A stretch of DNA of 64,000 nt from an uncultured Paracoccus sp. GTDB taxonomy: Bacteria > Pseudomonadota > Alphaproteobacteria > Rhodobacterales > Rhodobacteraceae. Position 1 is the stretch's first letter, and every line of letters begins with the position of its first letter. The DNA lies in NCBI RefSeq assembly GCF_937873615.1, contig NZ_CALMYP010000065.1:97542-161541 (forward strand), given 5' to 3'. The position numbers were made by a program, and so were the translations under genes. The notes beneath the pieces were generated by a model. It ran no database searches and was not told the DNA's origin. It saw nothing but the letters and a program-made list of their open reading frames with translations. Of the stretch, positions 40,893 through 50,517 are shown piece after piece.

Positions 40893-41948
40893 ATGGTCGC
40901 AAGCAATACTTATGGCGTAATCTATCTCGGCACCGTCGCGGATCTGGACCCGACCGAGGGCAACCCGGTTGCCGAAAATGCCAATACCATTCTGAACACG
41001 ACCTTCGGCAGCAGCGTGGACCCGCTCTGGTCGCATGTCGGGACCATGTCCCCGGTCGGATCGCCCGGCGACTATTACCGGACCAATAACAACTCCTTCA
41101 CCGATCAGTTCACCATCGACGGCGGCTCCGCCCAGACCTTCGATTCGATCAGCCAGTATACCGCCACCTTGACCTATACCGACGGCACCACCGCGACGCT
41201 GAACACTGCGGTTGTCTTTCAGGACTCCACCGGGAAACTCTATCTCGCGCCCAAGCTGACAAATGATGCCGACCAGCAGGCTCTGGCGGCGAAGTCGATC
41301 CGGTCGATTACGCTGACGACCTTGAACAATAATAGCAACTTCGGCATGGATGTGGTCCGCGTCCAAACCGATTTCGTGTGCTTCGCCCGTGGCACCCTGA
41401 TCGAGACCAGCATCGGCCCGCGCCCGATAGAGGAATTGCGGCCCGGCGACGCCTTGCGCACCGCCGATCGCGGGTTCCAGCCGCTTCGCTGGGTCGGCTC
41501 TGCCACGGTCGCGGCCATCGGCCGGCTGGCCCCGGTGCGGATCGCCGCACATGCCATCGGGAATACGCGTGCCCTCGTCGTCTCTCAGCAGCATCGCATC
41601 CTGAGTTGGGGCGAGTTGAAGGACGGAACGGGGCGGATGGCCGAGTGTTTCATTCCGGCCAAGAAGCTGGTCAATGGCAGCACCATCCGGCTGCAGGAGG
41701 GTGGCGAGGTCGAATATTTCCACCTGCTTCTCGACCGGCACGAGGTGCTCTACTCGGAAGGGGTGCCGACCGAAAGCTTCTATCCGGGCAGGGAAGGCTG
41801 GAAGATGCTGACCGAACGCAGCCGTCTGGAAATTCTGGATATCTTCCCGGACCTTCATTTCAAAGAGGACGGCACCAGCAGCTATGGCCCGCTGGCCCGG
41901 CCGGCGGGCAAGCCGGCAAAGCAGGGGAAACTTGCCCGGGCCTGCTGA
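40893..41948 (+). CDS. Hint-domain (bacterial intein-like, B-type) protein with a T/N/D/S-rich N-terminal domain
   Basis: Hint begins VCFARGTLIET..GPRPIE.LRPGD; VSQQHRIL; ends VEYFHLLLDRHEVLYSEGVPTESFYPG. Confidence 0.85.
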   Translation: MVASNTYGVIYLGTVADLDPTEGNPVAENANTILNTTFGSSVDPLWSHVGTMSPVGSPGDYYRTNNNSFTDQFTIDGGSAQTFDSISQYTATLTYTDGTTATLNTAVVFQDSTGKLYLAPKLTNDADQQALAAKSIRSITLTTLNNNSNFGMDVVRVQTDFVCFARGTLIETSIGPRPIEELRPGDALRTADRGFQPLRWVGSATVAAIGRLAPVRIAAHAIGNTRALVVSQQHRILSWGELKDGTGRMAECFIPAKKLVNGSTIRLQEGGEVEYFHLLLDRHEVLYSEGVPTESFYPGREGWKMLTERSRLEILDIFPDLHFKEDGTSSYGPLARPAGKPAKQGKLARAC

Positions 41949-41968
41949 TCGGCAGGCCCCGTCCGGGA

Positions 41969-42892
41969 TCAGGACGAACGGAAGACCGACCAGTCCATGA
42001 CCCGGGCCAGCCGTTCGGCGGCATAGGATCCCATCTGCGAATTGCCGTTGCCGTTCAGCCCCGGCGACCAGATCCCGATCGAGGCCCGCCCCGGCGCGAC
42101 CAGCAGGATGCCGCCGCCGACCCCGCTTTTGCCGGGCAGGCCGACACGGAAGGCGAAATCGCCCGAGGCATCGTAATGCCCGCAGGTCATCATCAGCGCA
42201 TTCAGCCGCCGAGCCCGCTGTTCCGACAGCAGGCTTGGCGCGCCGGGCAGACCGGCAATGCAGCGCCCGGCAAGGGCAAGCTGTTCGCAGGTCATCTCGA
42301 TGGCGCATTGGTGGAAATAGGTGCCGAGCACGTAATCCACCGGGTTCTTCAGATTGCCATAGGATTTCAGGTAATTCGCCAGCGCCCGGTTGCGAAAGCC
42401 GGTCTCGTCCTCGGACTTCGCGACATGCTTGTCGATATGGATGTCACCGTCGCCCGTCGCCGCCGTCAGGAAGCCGAGGATTTCCGACAGCGCATCGCGC
42501 GGACTGCGCCCGGTCAGAAGCTCGTCCGTGGTGACAAGCGCGCCGGCATTGATGAAGGGGTTGCGCGGCCGGCCCTTTTCCAGTTCCAGAAGCAGGATCG
42601 AATCGAAGCGCGACCCCGAGGGCTCGCGCCCAACCCGGGTCCATATCTGTTCCCCGATCCTGCCCAGAACGCAGGCCAGCGAGAAGACCTTGGAAACCGA
42701 CTGGATCGAGAAGCGCTTCCGCGCATCCCCGGCGCTGATCATGGTCCCATCGGCAAGCGCCACGGCAATGCCGAATTGCGCCGGATCGACGCGGGCGAGT
42801 TCGGGGATGTAGTCGGCCACCCTGCCCCAATCCGCGCGATCCCGGATGTCGCGGTCGAGCTGGGGCAGGAAATCGGCAAGATCAGTGGTCAT
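41969..42892 (-). CDS. glsA: Glutaminase
   Basis: GRVADYIPELA, FSIQSVSK, VGREPSG, PRNPFINAGA, MMTCGHYDASG.FA..VGLPGKSGVGGG. Confidence 0.95.
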   Translation of the reverse strand: MTTDLADFLPQLDRDIRDRADWGRVADYIPELARVDPAQFGIAVALADGTMISAGDARKRFSIQSVSKVFSLACVLGRIGEQIWTRVGREPSGSRFDSILLLELEKGRPRNPFINAGALVTTDELLTGRSPRDALSEILGFLTAATGDGDIHIDKHVAKSEDETGFRNRALANYLKSYGNLKNPVDYVLGTYFHQCAIEMTCEQLALAGRCIAGLPGAPSLLSEQRARRLNALMMTCGHYDASGDFAFRVGLPGKSGVGGGILLVAPGRASIGIWSPGLNGNGNSQMGSYAAERLARVMDWSVFRSS

Positions 42893-43041
42893 GCTGGTTT
42901 TTTTTTTCGGCGACAGGCTTACGAACAGCTTAGCCGTCGTAAGCCTGTCTGGGAAACCACTCAATCCTATTCATGCGTGACGCAAGCGCAGACAGCCGTC
43001 CGGGACCCAACTGAGCCCCGGATGCCGCTTCGTCGTATGGA

Positions 43042-44019
43042 TCACCCCGCCTTGGCTGCGGCACTTTCCGGCAGTTCCTCGTCGAACAGGCGCTGATAGA
43101 ACTCGGCCACGGTCTGGCGTTCCAACTCGTCGCATTTGTTCAGGAAGGTCAGGCGGAAGGCGTAGCCGACATTGTCGAAGATGCGCGCGTTCTGCGCCCA
43201 ACTGATGACCGTGCGCGGCGACATGACGGTGGACAGATCGCCCTGCATGAAGGCGGTGCGGGTCAGGTCGGCCAGCGTGACCATGCGAGAGATCACGTCG
43301 CGACCCTTCTCGTTATTGTAGTTCGGGTTCTTGGCCAGAACGATGGCGGCCTCGGCATCGTGGGAAAGATAGTTCAGGGTGGACACAAGCGACCAGCGGT
43401 CCATCTGGCCCTGGTTGATCTGCTGGGTGCCGTGATAAAGGCCGGTGGTGTCGCCCAGACCCACCGTGTTCGCGGTCGCGAACAGGCGGAAGAACGGGTT
43501 CGGGGTGATGACCTCGTTCTGGTCCAAGAGCGTCAGCTTGCCGTCAGCCTCCAGCACGCGCTGGATCACGAACATGACGTCGGCGCGGCCGGCATCGTAT
43601 TCGTCGAAGACGATGGCGGTCGGGTTGCGCAGGGCCCAGGGCAGGATGCCTTCGTGAAAGACCGTGACCTGCTTGCCGTCGACCAGCTTGATCGCGTCCT
43701 TGCCGATCAGGTCGATCCGGCTGACATGGCTATCGAGGTTCACGCGCACACAGGGCCAGTTCAGCCGCGCGGCGATCTGTTCGATATGGGTGGATTTCCC
43801 GGTGCCGTGATAGCCCTGGATCATCACCCGGCGGTTATAGGCAAAACCCGCCAGAATCGCGAGCGTAGTATCGGGGTCGAACTTGTAGGTGGTGTCGATA
43901 TCCGGCACCCGGTCGGTCTTCTCGGCAAAGCCCTTGACCTTCATGTCGCTGTCCAGCCCGAAGACCTCGCGCAGGTCGATTTCCTCGGTCGGTTTCGCTT
44001 TTGCGTCCAGATCGGCCAT
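43042..44019 (-). CDS. cobS: Cobaltochelatase subunit CobS (AAA+)
   Basis: [43 protein letters not shown]. Confidence 0.96.
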   Translation of the reverse strand: MADLDAKAKPTEEIDLREVFGLDSDMKVKGFAEKTDRVPDIDTTYKFDPDTTLAILAGFAYNRRVMIQGYHGTGKSTHIEQIAARLNWPCVRVNLDSHVSRIDLIGKDAIKLVDGKQVTVFHEGILPWALRNPTAIVFDEYDAGRADVMFVIQRVLEADGKLTLLDQNEVITPNPFFRLFATANTVGLGDTTGLYHGTQQINQGQMDRWSLVSTLNYLSHDAEAAIVLAKNPNYNNEKGRDVISRMVTLADLTRTAFMQGDLSTVMSPRTVISWAQNARIFDNVGYAFRLTFLNKCDELERQTVAEFYQRLFDEELPESAAAKAG

Positions 44020-44145
44020 GGTCTTGCCCTTTCGCTTGCATCGCCGCCGTGATGAAGGATTCGCCGGGACAGTGCAAGCGATGGCGGCTCTGGAACCTTT
44101 CCATCTGGCCAGTATTATACCCGGCGAACCGGGAAAGGACTGTGA

Positions 44146-45171
44146 ATGAGCGGATTGATCGCGCTACTCGACGACGTGGCAGGCATTGCCAAGGTGGCGG
44201 CGGCCTCCATCGACGATGTGACCGGGATGGCGGCGAAGGCCGGTGCCAAGGCCGCCGGCGCGGTCATCGACGATGCAGCGGTGACGCCGAAATATGTCCA
44301 TGGCTTCAGCGCCAAACGCGAATTGCCGATCATCTGGAAGATCGCGAAAGGCTCGATCTTCAACAAGGTGGTGATCCTTCTGCCCATTGCGCTGCTGCTT
44401 TCGGCCTTTGCGCCCTGGGCGATCTCTCCCTTGTTGATGCTGGGCGGGTCCTACCTGTGCTTCGAAGGTGCCGAGAAGATCTATCACGCCATCTCGCCAC
44501 ATGGCGATCCGCATGACCATTACGAGGGCGGCACCGGCGATCCCGCGCATCTGGAGGAAAAGAAGGTCTCGGGCGCGATCAAGACCGACTTCATCCTGTC
44601 GGCCGAGATCATGACCATCACATTGAACGAGGTCACTGCGCTGATGGCCGACAGCCCGCTGCATGGTGCAGCGAAATTCGCGATGGAGGCAGGTGTGCTG
44701 TTCGTCGTCGCATTGGCGATCACGGCGGTCGTCTATGGCTCGGTGGCGCTGATCGTGAAGGCGGATGACCTGGGCCTCGCCATGGCCGGAGGACGCAGCA
44801 GACTGCTTGCCGCGCTTGGCCGCGGGCTGGTCCGGCTGATGCCGGTGCTGATGAAGCTGCTGACCATTATCGGCACGGCGGCGATGATCTGGGTTGGCGG
44901 CAACATCATCGTCCACGGTCTGCACGAGTTGGGCTGGCACACAGCTTATGACTGGATCCACCATCAGGCAGAGGCCGCTGCCCTCGCGGTCCCGCAGGCA
45001 CCGGGACTGGTCGGTTGGGCCGTCACCGCGTTCTTCGACGGGATCATCGGGCTGATCTGGGGCCTGATGCTGATCCCGCTGTCGGAATATCTGATCGTGC
45101 CCCTTGCCCGCGTGACCATCCTGCCGCTGATGAACGCGGCAAAATCGCTGTTCAGGCAGGGCGAAGCCTGA
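44146..45171 (+). CDS. DUF808 (YedI-like) inner-membrane protein
   Basis: [49 protein letters not shown]. Confidence 0.88.
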   Translation: MSGLIALLDDVAGIAKVAAASIDDVTGMAAKAGAKAAGAVIDDAAVTPKYVHGFSAKRELPIIWKIAKGSIFNKVVILLPIALLLSAFAPWAISPLLMLGGSYLCFEGAEKIYHAISPHGDPHDHYEGGTGDPAHLEEKKVSGAIKTDFILSAEIMTITLNEVTALMADSPLHGAAKFAMEAGVLFVVALAITAVVYGSVALIVKADDLGLAMAGGRSRLLAALGRGLVRLMPVLMKLLTIIGTAAMIWVGGNIIVHGLHELGWHTAYDWIHHQAEAAALAVPQAPGLVGWAVTAFFDGIIGLIWGLMLIPLSEYLIVPLARVTILPLMNAAKSLFRQGEA

Positions 45172-45420
45172 CGGCCCGACCCGGATCACACCGCAGGACC
45201 AGCCGCTGCCAGCCCACCGCCGCCCCGGATATCCCCCGGGCATCTGGTAGGCTGGCGGATTTCATCCACAAGATTTTGCGGAAATTAACGAAAAATTCCT
45301 TTACAGCGGCCGCCCGGTGGCACACCCTTATCTTGTAGGGCGCGAAGGGCAAACCACATCCTGTCGCGGTTCTACACGAGACAAGGTGGGTTCACCACCG
45401 AAACACAGGGGACGGCAGGC

Positions 45421-45924
45421 ATGGCACAGGCGGACGCGTATATCCACAGCAGTGAAATCCATCCCATCGACATCGTCGAGACCATCGCGACCCATCACGA
45501 CTGGGATTTCGACCGGCTCGCCGATGACCAGATCGCCATGGCGGTCGAAGGCCAGTGGCGCAGCTATTCCATCACCCTCGCCTGGTCGGGGGCCGAGGAA
45601 ATGCTGCGCCTGATCTGCACCTTCGACATGGACCCGCCGGCAGAGCGGATGGGCACGCTCTACGAGGCGCTGAACCTTGCCAATGATCAGGTCTGGGACG
45701 GCGCCTTCACCTTCTGGCCCTCGCAACGGATGATGGTCTGGCGTTACGGGCTGTGCCTCGCGGGCGACAGCATCGCCAGTGCCGAACAGATCGATCACAT
45801 GATCCGCAACGCGGTCGAGCAGGCAGAGCGGCTTTATCCGGCCTTCCAGCTGGTCGCCTGGGGCGACAGCACCGCCGAGGCGGCACTGGACATCGCCATG
45901 GGCGCAGCCTACGGACGGGCATAG
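45421..45924 (+). CDS. YbjN domain-containing protein
   Basis: IHPIDIVE.IA.HHDWDFDR...QIAMAVEGQWRSYS; conserved neighbour of proC. Confidence 0.8.
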   Translation: MAQADAYIHSSEIHPIDIVETIATHHDWDFDRLADDQIAMAVEGQWRSYSITLAWSGAEEMLRLICTFDMDPPAERMGTLYEALNLANDQVWDGAFTFWPSQRMMVWRYGLCLAGDSIASAEQIDHMIRNAVEQAERLYPAFQLVAWGDSTAEAALDIAMGAAYGRA

Positions 45925-45965
45925 CCGGGCCGCAACCGACGCGCCCCCGGCGAAAGGGGGACGCA

Positions 45966-46769
45966 ATGGATTTTACCGATATCAATTCTCGTGGACTGGT
46001 TCTGGTCGGCTGTGGCCGCATGGGCGGCGCCATGCTGACCGGCTGGCTGAAGAACGGCATCCATCCCGGCGCGGTGACGGTGATCGACCCGAACGTGCAG
46101 GCGCAATGGGCGGATCGGGGCGTGCGGCTGAACCAACCGCTGCCCGGGAATCCCGCCGTGCTGGTGCTGGCGGTCAAGCCGCAGATGATGGGCGCGGTGC
46201 TGGACGGGCTGCAGGTCGGAGCCGACACGCTGGTGGTTTCGGTGGCCGCCGGGGTGACGCTGGCGGCCTATGGTCGGGCCTTCCCCAGCGCGCGGATCGT
46301 GCGCGCCATGCCGAATACACCCGCCGCCATCGGGCGCGGCATCACCGCCCTGATCGGCAACGAGGCTGCGGGCGCTGAATCCCTCGACCTGGCCCAGGGG
46401 CTGATGTCCGTGGTCGGCGAAGTTGTGCGGCTTCAGGACGAAAGCCAGATGGATGCGGTCACCGCCTTGTCGGGGTCCGGCCCCGCCTATGTCTTCCACA
46501 TGATCGAGGCTTTAACCGAAGCAGGCCGCGCTCAGGGCCTGCCCGAGGCACTGGCGCTGCAACTCGCGCGCGCGACCGTGGCCGGGGCCGGCGCATTGGC
46601 CATGGCCGACGACACGCCCCCCGCCGCCCTGCGAGAGGCCGTCACCTCGCCCAATGGCACCACCGCCGCCGGGCTGGCGATCCTGATGGACGCAGGCACC
46701 GGCCTGCCGCCGCTGATCGCGCGCACCGTCGCCGCTGCCGCCGACCGCTCGCGGGAGTTGGGGAAATGA
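45966..46769 (+). CDS. proC: Pyrroline-5-carboxylate reductase
   Basis: GCGRMG, LAVKPQ, RAMPNTP, TALSGSGPAY, VTSPNGTT. Confidence 0.95.
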   Translation: MDFTDINSRGLVLVGCGRMGGAMLTGWLKNGIHPGAVTVIDPNVQAQWADRGVRLNQPLPGNPAVLVLAVKPQMMGAVLDGLQVGADTLVVSVAAGVTLAAYGRAFPSARIVRAMPNTPAAIGRGITALIGNEAAGAESLDLAQGLMSVVGEVVRLQDESQMDAVTALSGSGPAYVFHMIEALTEAGRAQGLPEALALQLARATVAGAGALAMADDTPPAALREAVTSPNGTTAAGLAILMDAGTGLPPLIARTVAAAADRSRELGK

Positions 46770-47101
46770 CCATCACCTATGACGATTTTCAGGCCGTCGA
46801 TATTCGCACCGGCCGCATCACCCGGGCCGAACCCTATCCTGAGGCGCGCAAGCCCGCGATCAAGCTCTGGGTCGATTTTGGCGGCGAGATCGGCGAGAAA
46901 CGCAGCTCGGCCCAGATTACCGCGCATTACAAACCCGAGGAGCTTGTCGGCAAGCAGGTGCTCGCCGTGGTCAATTTCCCGCCGCGCCAGATCGGCAAAT
47001 TCATGTCCGAAGTGCTGGTCCTCGGCCTGCCCGATGCCGATGGCGAGGTGGTGCTGATCGGGCCGGATCTAGACGTCCCCATCGGTGGAAGGATGTTCTG
47101 A
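46766..47101 (+). CDS. csaA: tRNA-binding protein / chaperone CsaA
   Basis: DF.AVDIRTG, SSAQIT, VVNFPPRQIG..MSEVLVLG. Confidence 0.88.
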   Translation: MTITYDDFQAVDIRTGRITRAEPYPEARKPAIKLWVDFGGEIGEKRSSAQITAHYKPEELVGKQVLAVVNFPPRQIGKFMSEVLVLGLPDADGEVVLIGPDLDVPIGGRMF

Positions 47102-48054
47102 TGAAACTGCTTGTCACCCGCCCGATGACCAAGGCGGCCGAGGCCGCCATCGCCGAACGTTTCGAGACCCGCTTTCGCGACACCAATGTGCCGATGACCG
47201 AGGCCGAGGCGGCAACGGCGCTGGCAGAATACGACCTGATCATGCCCACGCTCGGCGATGCCTTCCGGGCCGGCGCGTTTCAGGCCGCGAAGCCGCGCAC
47301 AAGGCTGCTGGCGAATTTCGGCGCCGGTTACAACCATATCGACCTCGACGCCGCGCGAGCGGCCGGGGTCGCCGTCACCAATACGCCGAATGTCGTCACC
47401 GCCTCGACCGCCGAGCTTGCGGTAACGCTGCTTCTGATGACCGCGCGTCGCGCCGGCGAGGGCGAGCGGCTGGCGCGCAGCGGCACTTGGACCGGCTGGC
47501 ACCCGACGCAGATGCTGGGCGCGCCGGTTACCGGCCAGAAGCTCGGCATCGTCGGCATGGGCCGGATCGGGCAGAGCATCGCCCGGACGCTGCATCGCGG
47601 CTTCGACATGGAGGTGGTGTTCTTCAACCGCTCGACCGTCAGCGGGCTGGACTTTCCGGCGCGCCAGCTTGGGACGGTTGCAGAGCTGATGCGCGAGGCC
47701 GATTTCGTGGTGATCGCAGTGCCCGGCGGGGCCGGCACCCATCACCTGATCGACGCGGCAGCGCTTGAGGCACTTGGCCCCGAGGGGATCGTCGTCAATA
47801 TCGCGCGTGGCGACGTGATCGACCAGCAGGCGCTGATCGCGGCGCTGAGCACGGGGAAGATCCGTGCCGCCGGGCTGGATGTGTTCGAGTTCGAACCCGA
47901 GATCGCGGAGGCGCTGCGCAGCCTCGACAATGCCGTGCTGCTGCCGCATCTGGGCACCGCCGTCGAGGCGACGCGAACCGAGATGGCGCTGCGCGCGCTC
48001 GATAACCTGATCGCCTTTACTGAGGGCCGCACACCGACCGATCTGGTCGCCTGA
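47101..48054 (+). CDS. D-2-hydroxyacid dehydrogenase (glyoxylate/hydroxypyruvate reductase-like)
   Basis: GAGYNHID, VTNTP, GMGRIG, VNIARG, AGLDVFE.EP, LLPHLG. Confidence 0.9.
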   Translation: MKLLVTRPMTKAAEAAIAERFETRFRDTNVPMTEAEAATALAEYDLIMPTLGDAFRAGAFQAAKPRTRLLANFGAGYNHIDLDAARAAGVAVTNTPNVVTASTAELAVTLLLMTARRAGEGERLARSGTWTGWHPTQMLGAPVTGQKLGIVGMGRIGQSIARTLHRGFDMEVVFFNRSTVSGLDFPARQLGTVAELMREADFVVIAVPGGAGTHHLIDAAALEALGPEGIVVNIARGDVIDQQALIAALSTGKIRAAGLDVFEFEPEIAEALRSLDNAVLLPHLGTAVEATRTEMALRALDNLIAFTEGRTPTDLVA

Positions 48055-48068
48055 ACCCCGGCCAGCCA

Positions 48069-48094
48069 TGAGGCGGCTCGGACAAGCCGCCTCA
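48069..48094. terminator. Hairpin between convergent genes, probable terminator
   Basis: TGAGGCGGCT-cggaca-AGCCGCCTCA; no clear U-tract. Confidence 0.5.
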
Positions 48095-48101
48095 CTCAGG
48101 A

Positions 48102-48695
48102 CTAGCGGCGGTCAAGCTCGCTCTGGATGGCGAAGGTCGACGGCTTGAAACTGACGCCCTTGCGGCCTTCGCCCAGAATGACCGTGGTCTTCTTGCCGGT
48201 ATCGTCGGTCACGATCCACTGGCGCAGCTCGGTCGGGTTGGTGAAGACCATCTGGATATTGCCGTATTCGGGGTGCTGAGGATCCTGCGCCGTCACCACG
48301 GTGCTGTTCTTCACCTCGCTATGGCCAGTGACCATGCCCTGACGCGCCAGGTTCACATTCGCCGCCAGGATGATCGAAAGCGGCGTCTCGCTCAGCGGAA
48401 ATATCTGCGGTCCCTGGTTGGATTTGGAATCGAAGACCGCCACCTGCCCGCCCGAGGCCAGCACCAGCTGTTTCGAGTTCTTGTATTCGAAGCGCACCCG
48501 GTTCGGTCGCTGAATATAGACCGTCCCCGCCGAGATCGTCCCATCCGGGTTGATCTGCGTGAACTCGGACTGCAGCGTCGTCAGCCCGTTCAGGTAATTC
48601 GAGATCGTGTTGAGCGGAATCTTCTGTGCCAGCGCCGCCGGGGCGGTGACCAGAAGGGCGATGACGGGCGCGAGTGCGAGAGCTAACTTTTTCAT
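48102..48695 (-). CDS. lolA: Outer-membrane lipoprotein carrier LolA
   Basis: Signal peptide; FTQ.NPDG...G..YIQRP.R.RFEY; L.ETPLS; L.QW.VTD. Confidence 0.85.
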   Translation of the reverse strand: MKKLALALAPVIALLVTAPAALAQKIPLNTISNYLNGLTTLQSEFTQINPDGTISAGTVYIQRPNRVRFEYKNSKQLVLASGGQVAVFDSKSNQGPQIFPLSETPLSIILAANVNLARQGMVTGHSEVKNSTVVTAQDPQHPEYGNIQMVFTNPTELRQWIVTDDTGKKTTVILGEGRKGVSFKPSTFAIQSELDRR

Positions 48696-48863
48696 GCGGC
48701 CTTTATGCAGTCCTTTGGGGCGGTTTGCACATCACCTTGCGGCGACGTTTCTCTGCTTGAACGCGCACCGTTATGTTACCGTTCCGAGACCTTTGGCCCC
48801 TGCATCGAATTCGTGAAGGTGCCGGAGCCGGGTCGCGCCCTTGTAAACAGGTCCCGTTGACGG

Positions 48864-49277
48864 TCAGCGCGCGAAAATCCCGTCCCAGTCGCGAAACCCC
48901 TTGATCTCGATGGGATTGCCCGACGGATCGGTGAAGAACATCGTCGACTGCTCGCCCGGCTCACCGGCAAAGCGGGTCTGGGGCGGCAGGATGAACGCGA
49001 TCCCGGCGGCCTCCAGCCGGTCGGCCAGAGCGCGCCAGTCATCCTGATGCATGACCAGTCCCAGATGCGGCATCGGCACCATGTGATCGCCGACCTTTCC
49101 GGTGCGCGCGGTGGCGAAAGGCTCTCCCAGGTGCAGGCTGATCTGGTGGCCGAAGAAATCGAAATCGACCCAGGTTTCGGTGCTGCGCCCCTCTTTACAG
49201 CCCAGAACGCCGCCATAGAAGCCGCGCGCTTCATCAAGATCGCGAATGTGATAGGCAAGGTGAAAGCGGGTTTCCAT
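48864..49277 (-). CDS. VOC/glyoxalase family protein
   Basis: FHLAYHI.DL, WVDFDFFGHQI, VPMPHLG, F.DPSGNPIEIK. Confidence 0.88.
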   Translation of the reverse strand: METRFHLAYHIRDLDEARGFYGGVLGCKEGRSTETWVDFDFFGHQISLHLGEPFATARTGKVGDHMVPMPHLGLVMHQDDWRALADRLEAAGIAFILPPQTRFAGEPGEQSTMFFTDPSGNPIEIKGFRDWDGIFAR

Positions 49278-49619
49278 ATTGGCCTCCTGATCTGCAGCGA
49301 TGCGGAGTCTGCCCTGCCTGCGTGGCAAGGCCAAGCCCCGGCGTGGCGGCTTGAAACCGGGTCCGGAAACGCAACAGGCCCTTCGCACCATGGCGAAGGG
49401 CCTGTCTCCTCCCGCTTATGGGCGCCCGGGCCTCCCCGCCCCGCACCCAGCGTATTCTGCATCGTCACGAAAGCATCACATCTGCTTGACGATGGCGCAG
49501 TTCTGCCCGATCGCGGGGCAACCTGTCAACGATTCATATTATAAACTGCATATCGCTCGACTTGACGCCCCGGCCATGCGGGCGCATGACGACTTCCATA
49601 TCTGCCAAAGGAGTCGCGC

Positions 49620-50480
49620 ATGTCCCGGATCGTCTTTCTCAACGGCGAATACCTTCCCGAGGCCGAGGCCAAGGTCTCGATCTTCGACCGGGGGTTTGTC
49701 ATGGCCGATGCCGTCTATGAGGTGGTCAGCGTTCTGGACGGCAAGCTGATCGATTTCGACGGGCACCAGGCGCGGCTGAACCGGTCGCTGTCGGCGCTGG
49801 AGATCGGCAATCCGATGGCCGACGCGGATTACCTGGCCATGTTCCGCGAATTGGTGACACGCAACGGGATCACCGACGGCATGATCTATCTGCAGGTCAC
49901 GCGCGGCAATCCCGGCGACCGCGACTTCGCCTATCCGGCCGCAGACACGCCGCAGACGGTCGTGGCCTTTACGCAGTCCAAGCCGGGGCTGGCAGACAGC
50001 CCGGCCGCAAGAACCGGCTGGAAGGTCATCAGCATTGCCGACGAACGCTGGGGCCGGCGCGACATCAAGACGACGCAGCTGCTTTACCCCTCGATGGCGA
50101 AGATGGCGGCGAAAGCCAAAGGGGCCGACGACGCCTGGCTGGTCGAGGAAGGCGCCGTGACCGAGGGCACCTCGAACAACGCCTATATCATCAAGAATGG
50201 CACCATCGTTACCCGCCAACTCAGCCATGACATCCTGCACGGCATCACCCGTGCCGCCGTGCTGCGCTTCGCCCGCGAAGCCCAGATGAAGGTTGAGGAA
50301 CGCCCCTTCACCATCGAAGAGGCGCAGGCGGCTGACGAGGCCTTTGTCACCTCGGCCTCGGCCTTCGTGATGCCGGTGGTCGAAATCGACGGCCAGAAGA
50401 TCGGCAGCGGCACCCCCGGCCCGGTCGCGGGCAGGCTGCGCGAGATCTATCTGGACGAGATGCGCAAGGCGGCGATCTGA
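49620..50480 (+). CDS. dat: D-amino-acid transaminase (class IV PLP)
   Basis: SIFDRGFVMADAVYEV, YLQVTRG, RDIKTTQL (PLP Lys), TEG.SNN, ILHGITR. Confidence 0.88.
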   Translation: MSRIVFLNGEYLPEAEAKVSIFDRGFVMADAVYEVVSVLDGKLIDFDGHQARLNRSLSALEIGNPMADADYLAMFRELVTRNGITDGMIYLQVTRGNPGDRDFAYPAADTPQTVVAFTQSKPGLADSPAARTGWKVISIADERWGRRDIKTTQLLYPSMAKMAAKAKGADDAWLVEEGAVTEGTSNNAYIIKNGTIVTRQLSHDILHGITRAAVLRFAREAQMKVEERPFTIEEAQAADEAFVTSASAFVMPVVEIDGQKIGSGTPGPVAGRLREIYLDEMRKAAI

Positions 50481-50517
50481 TCCTGTCCGGCCCGGTTGGC
50501 AGAACCGGGCCGACCGC

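Noticed and set aside
45285-45299. Possible CtrA box TTAA-N7-TTCC upstream of the YbjN gene
   Set aside because: The second half-site has two mismatches; too weak.
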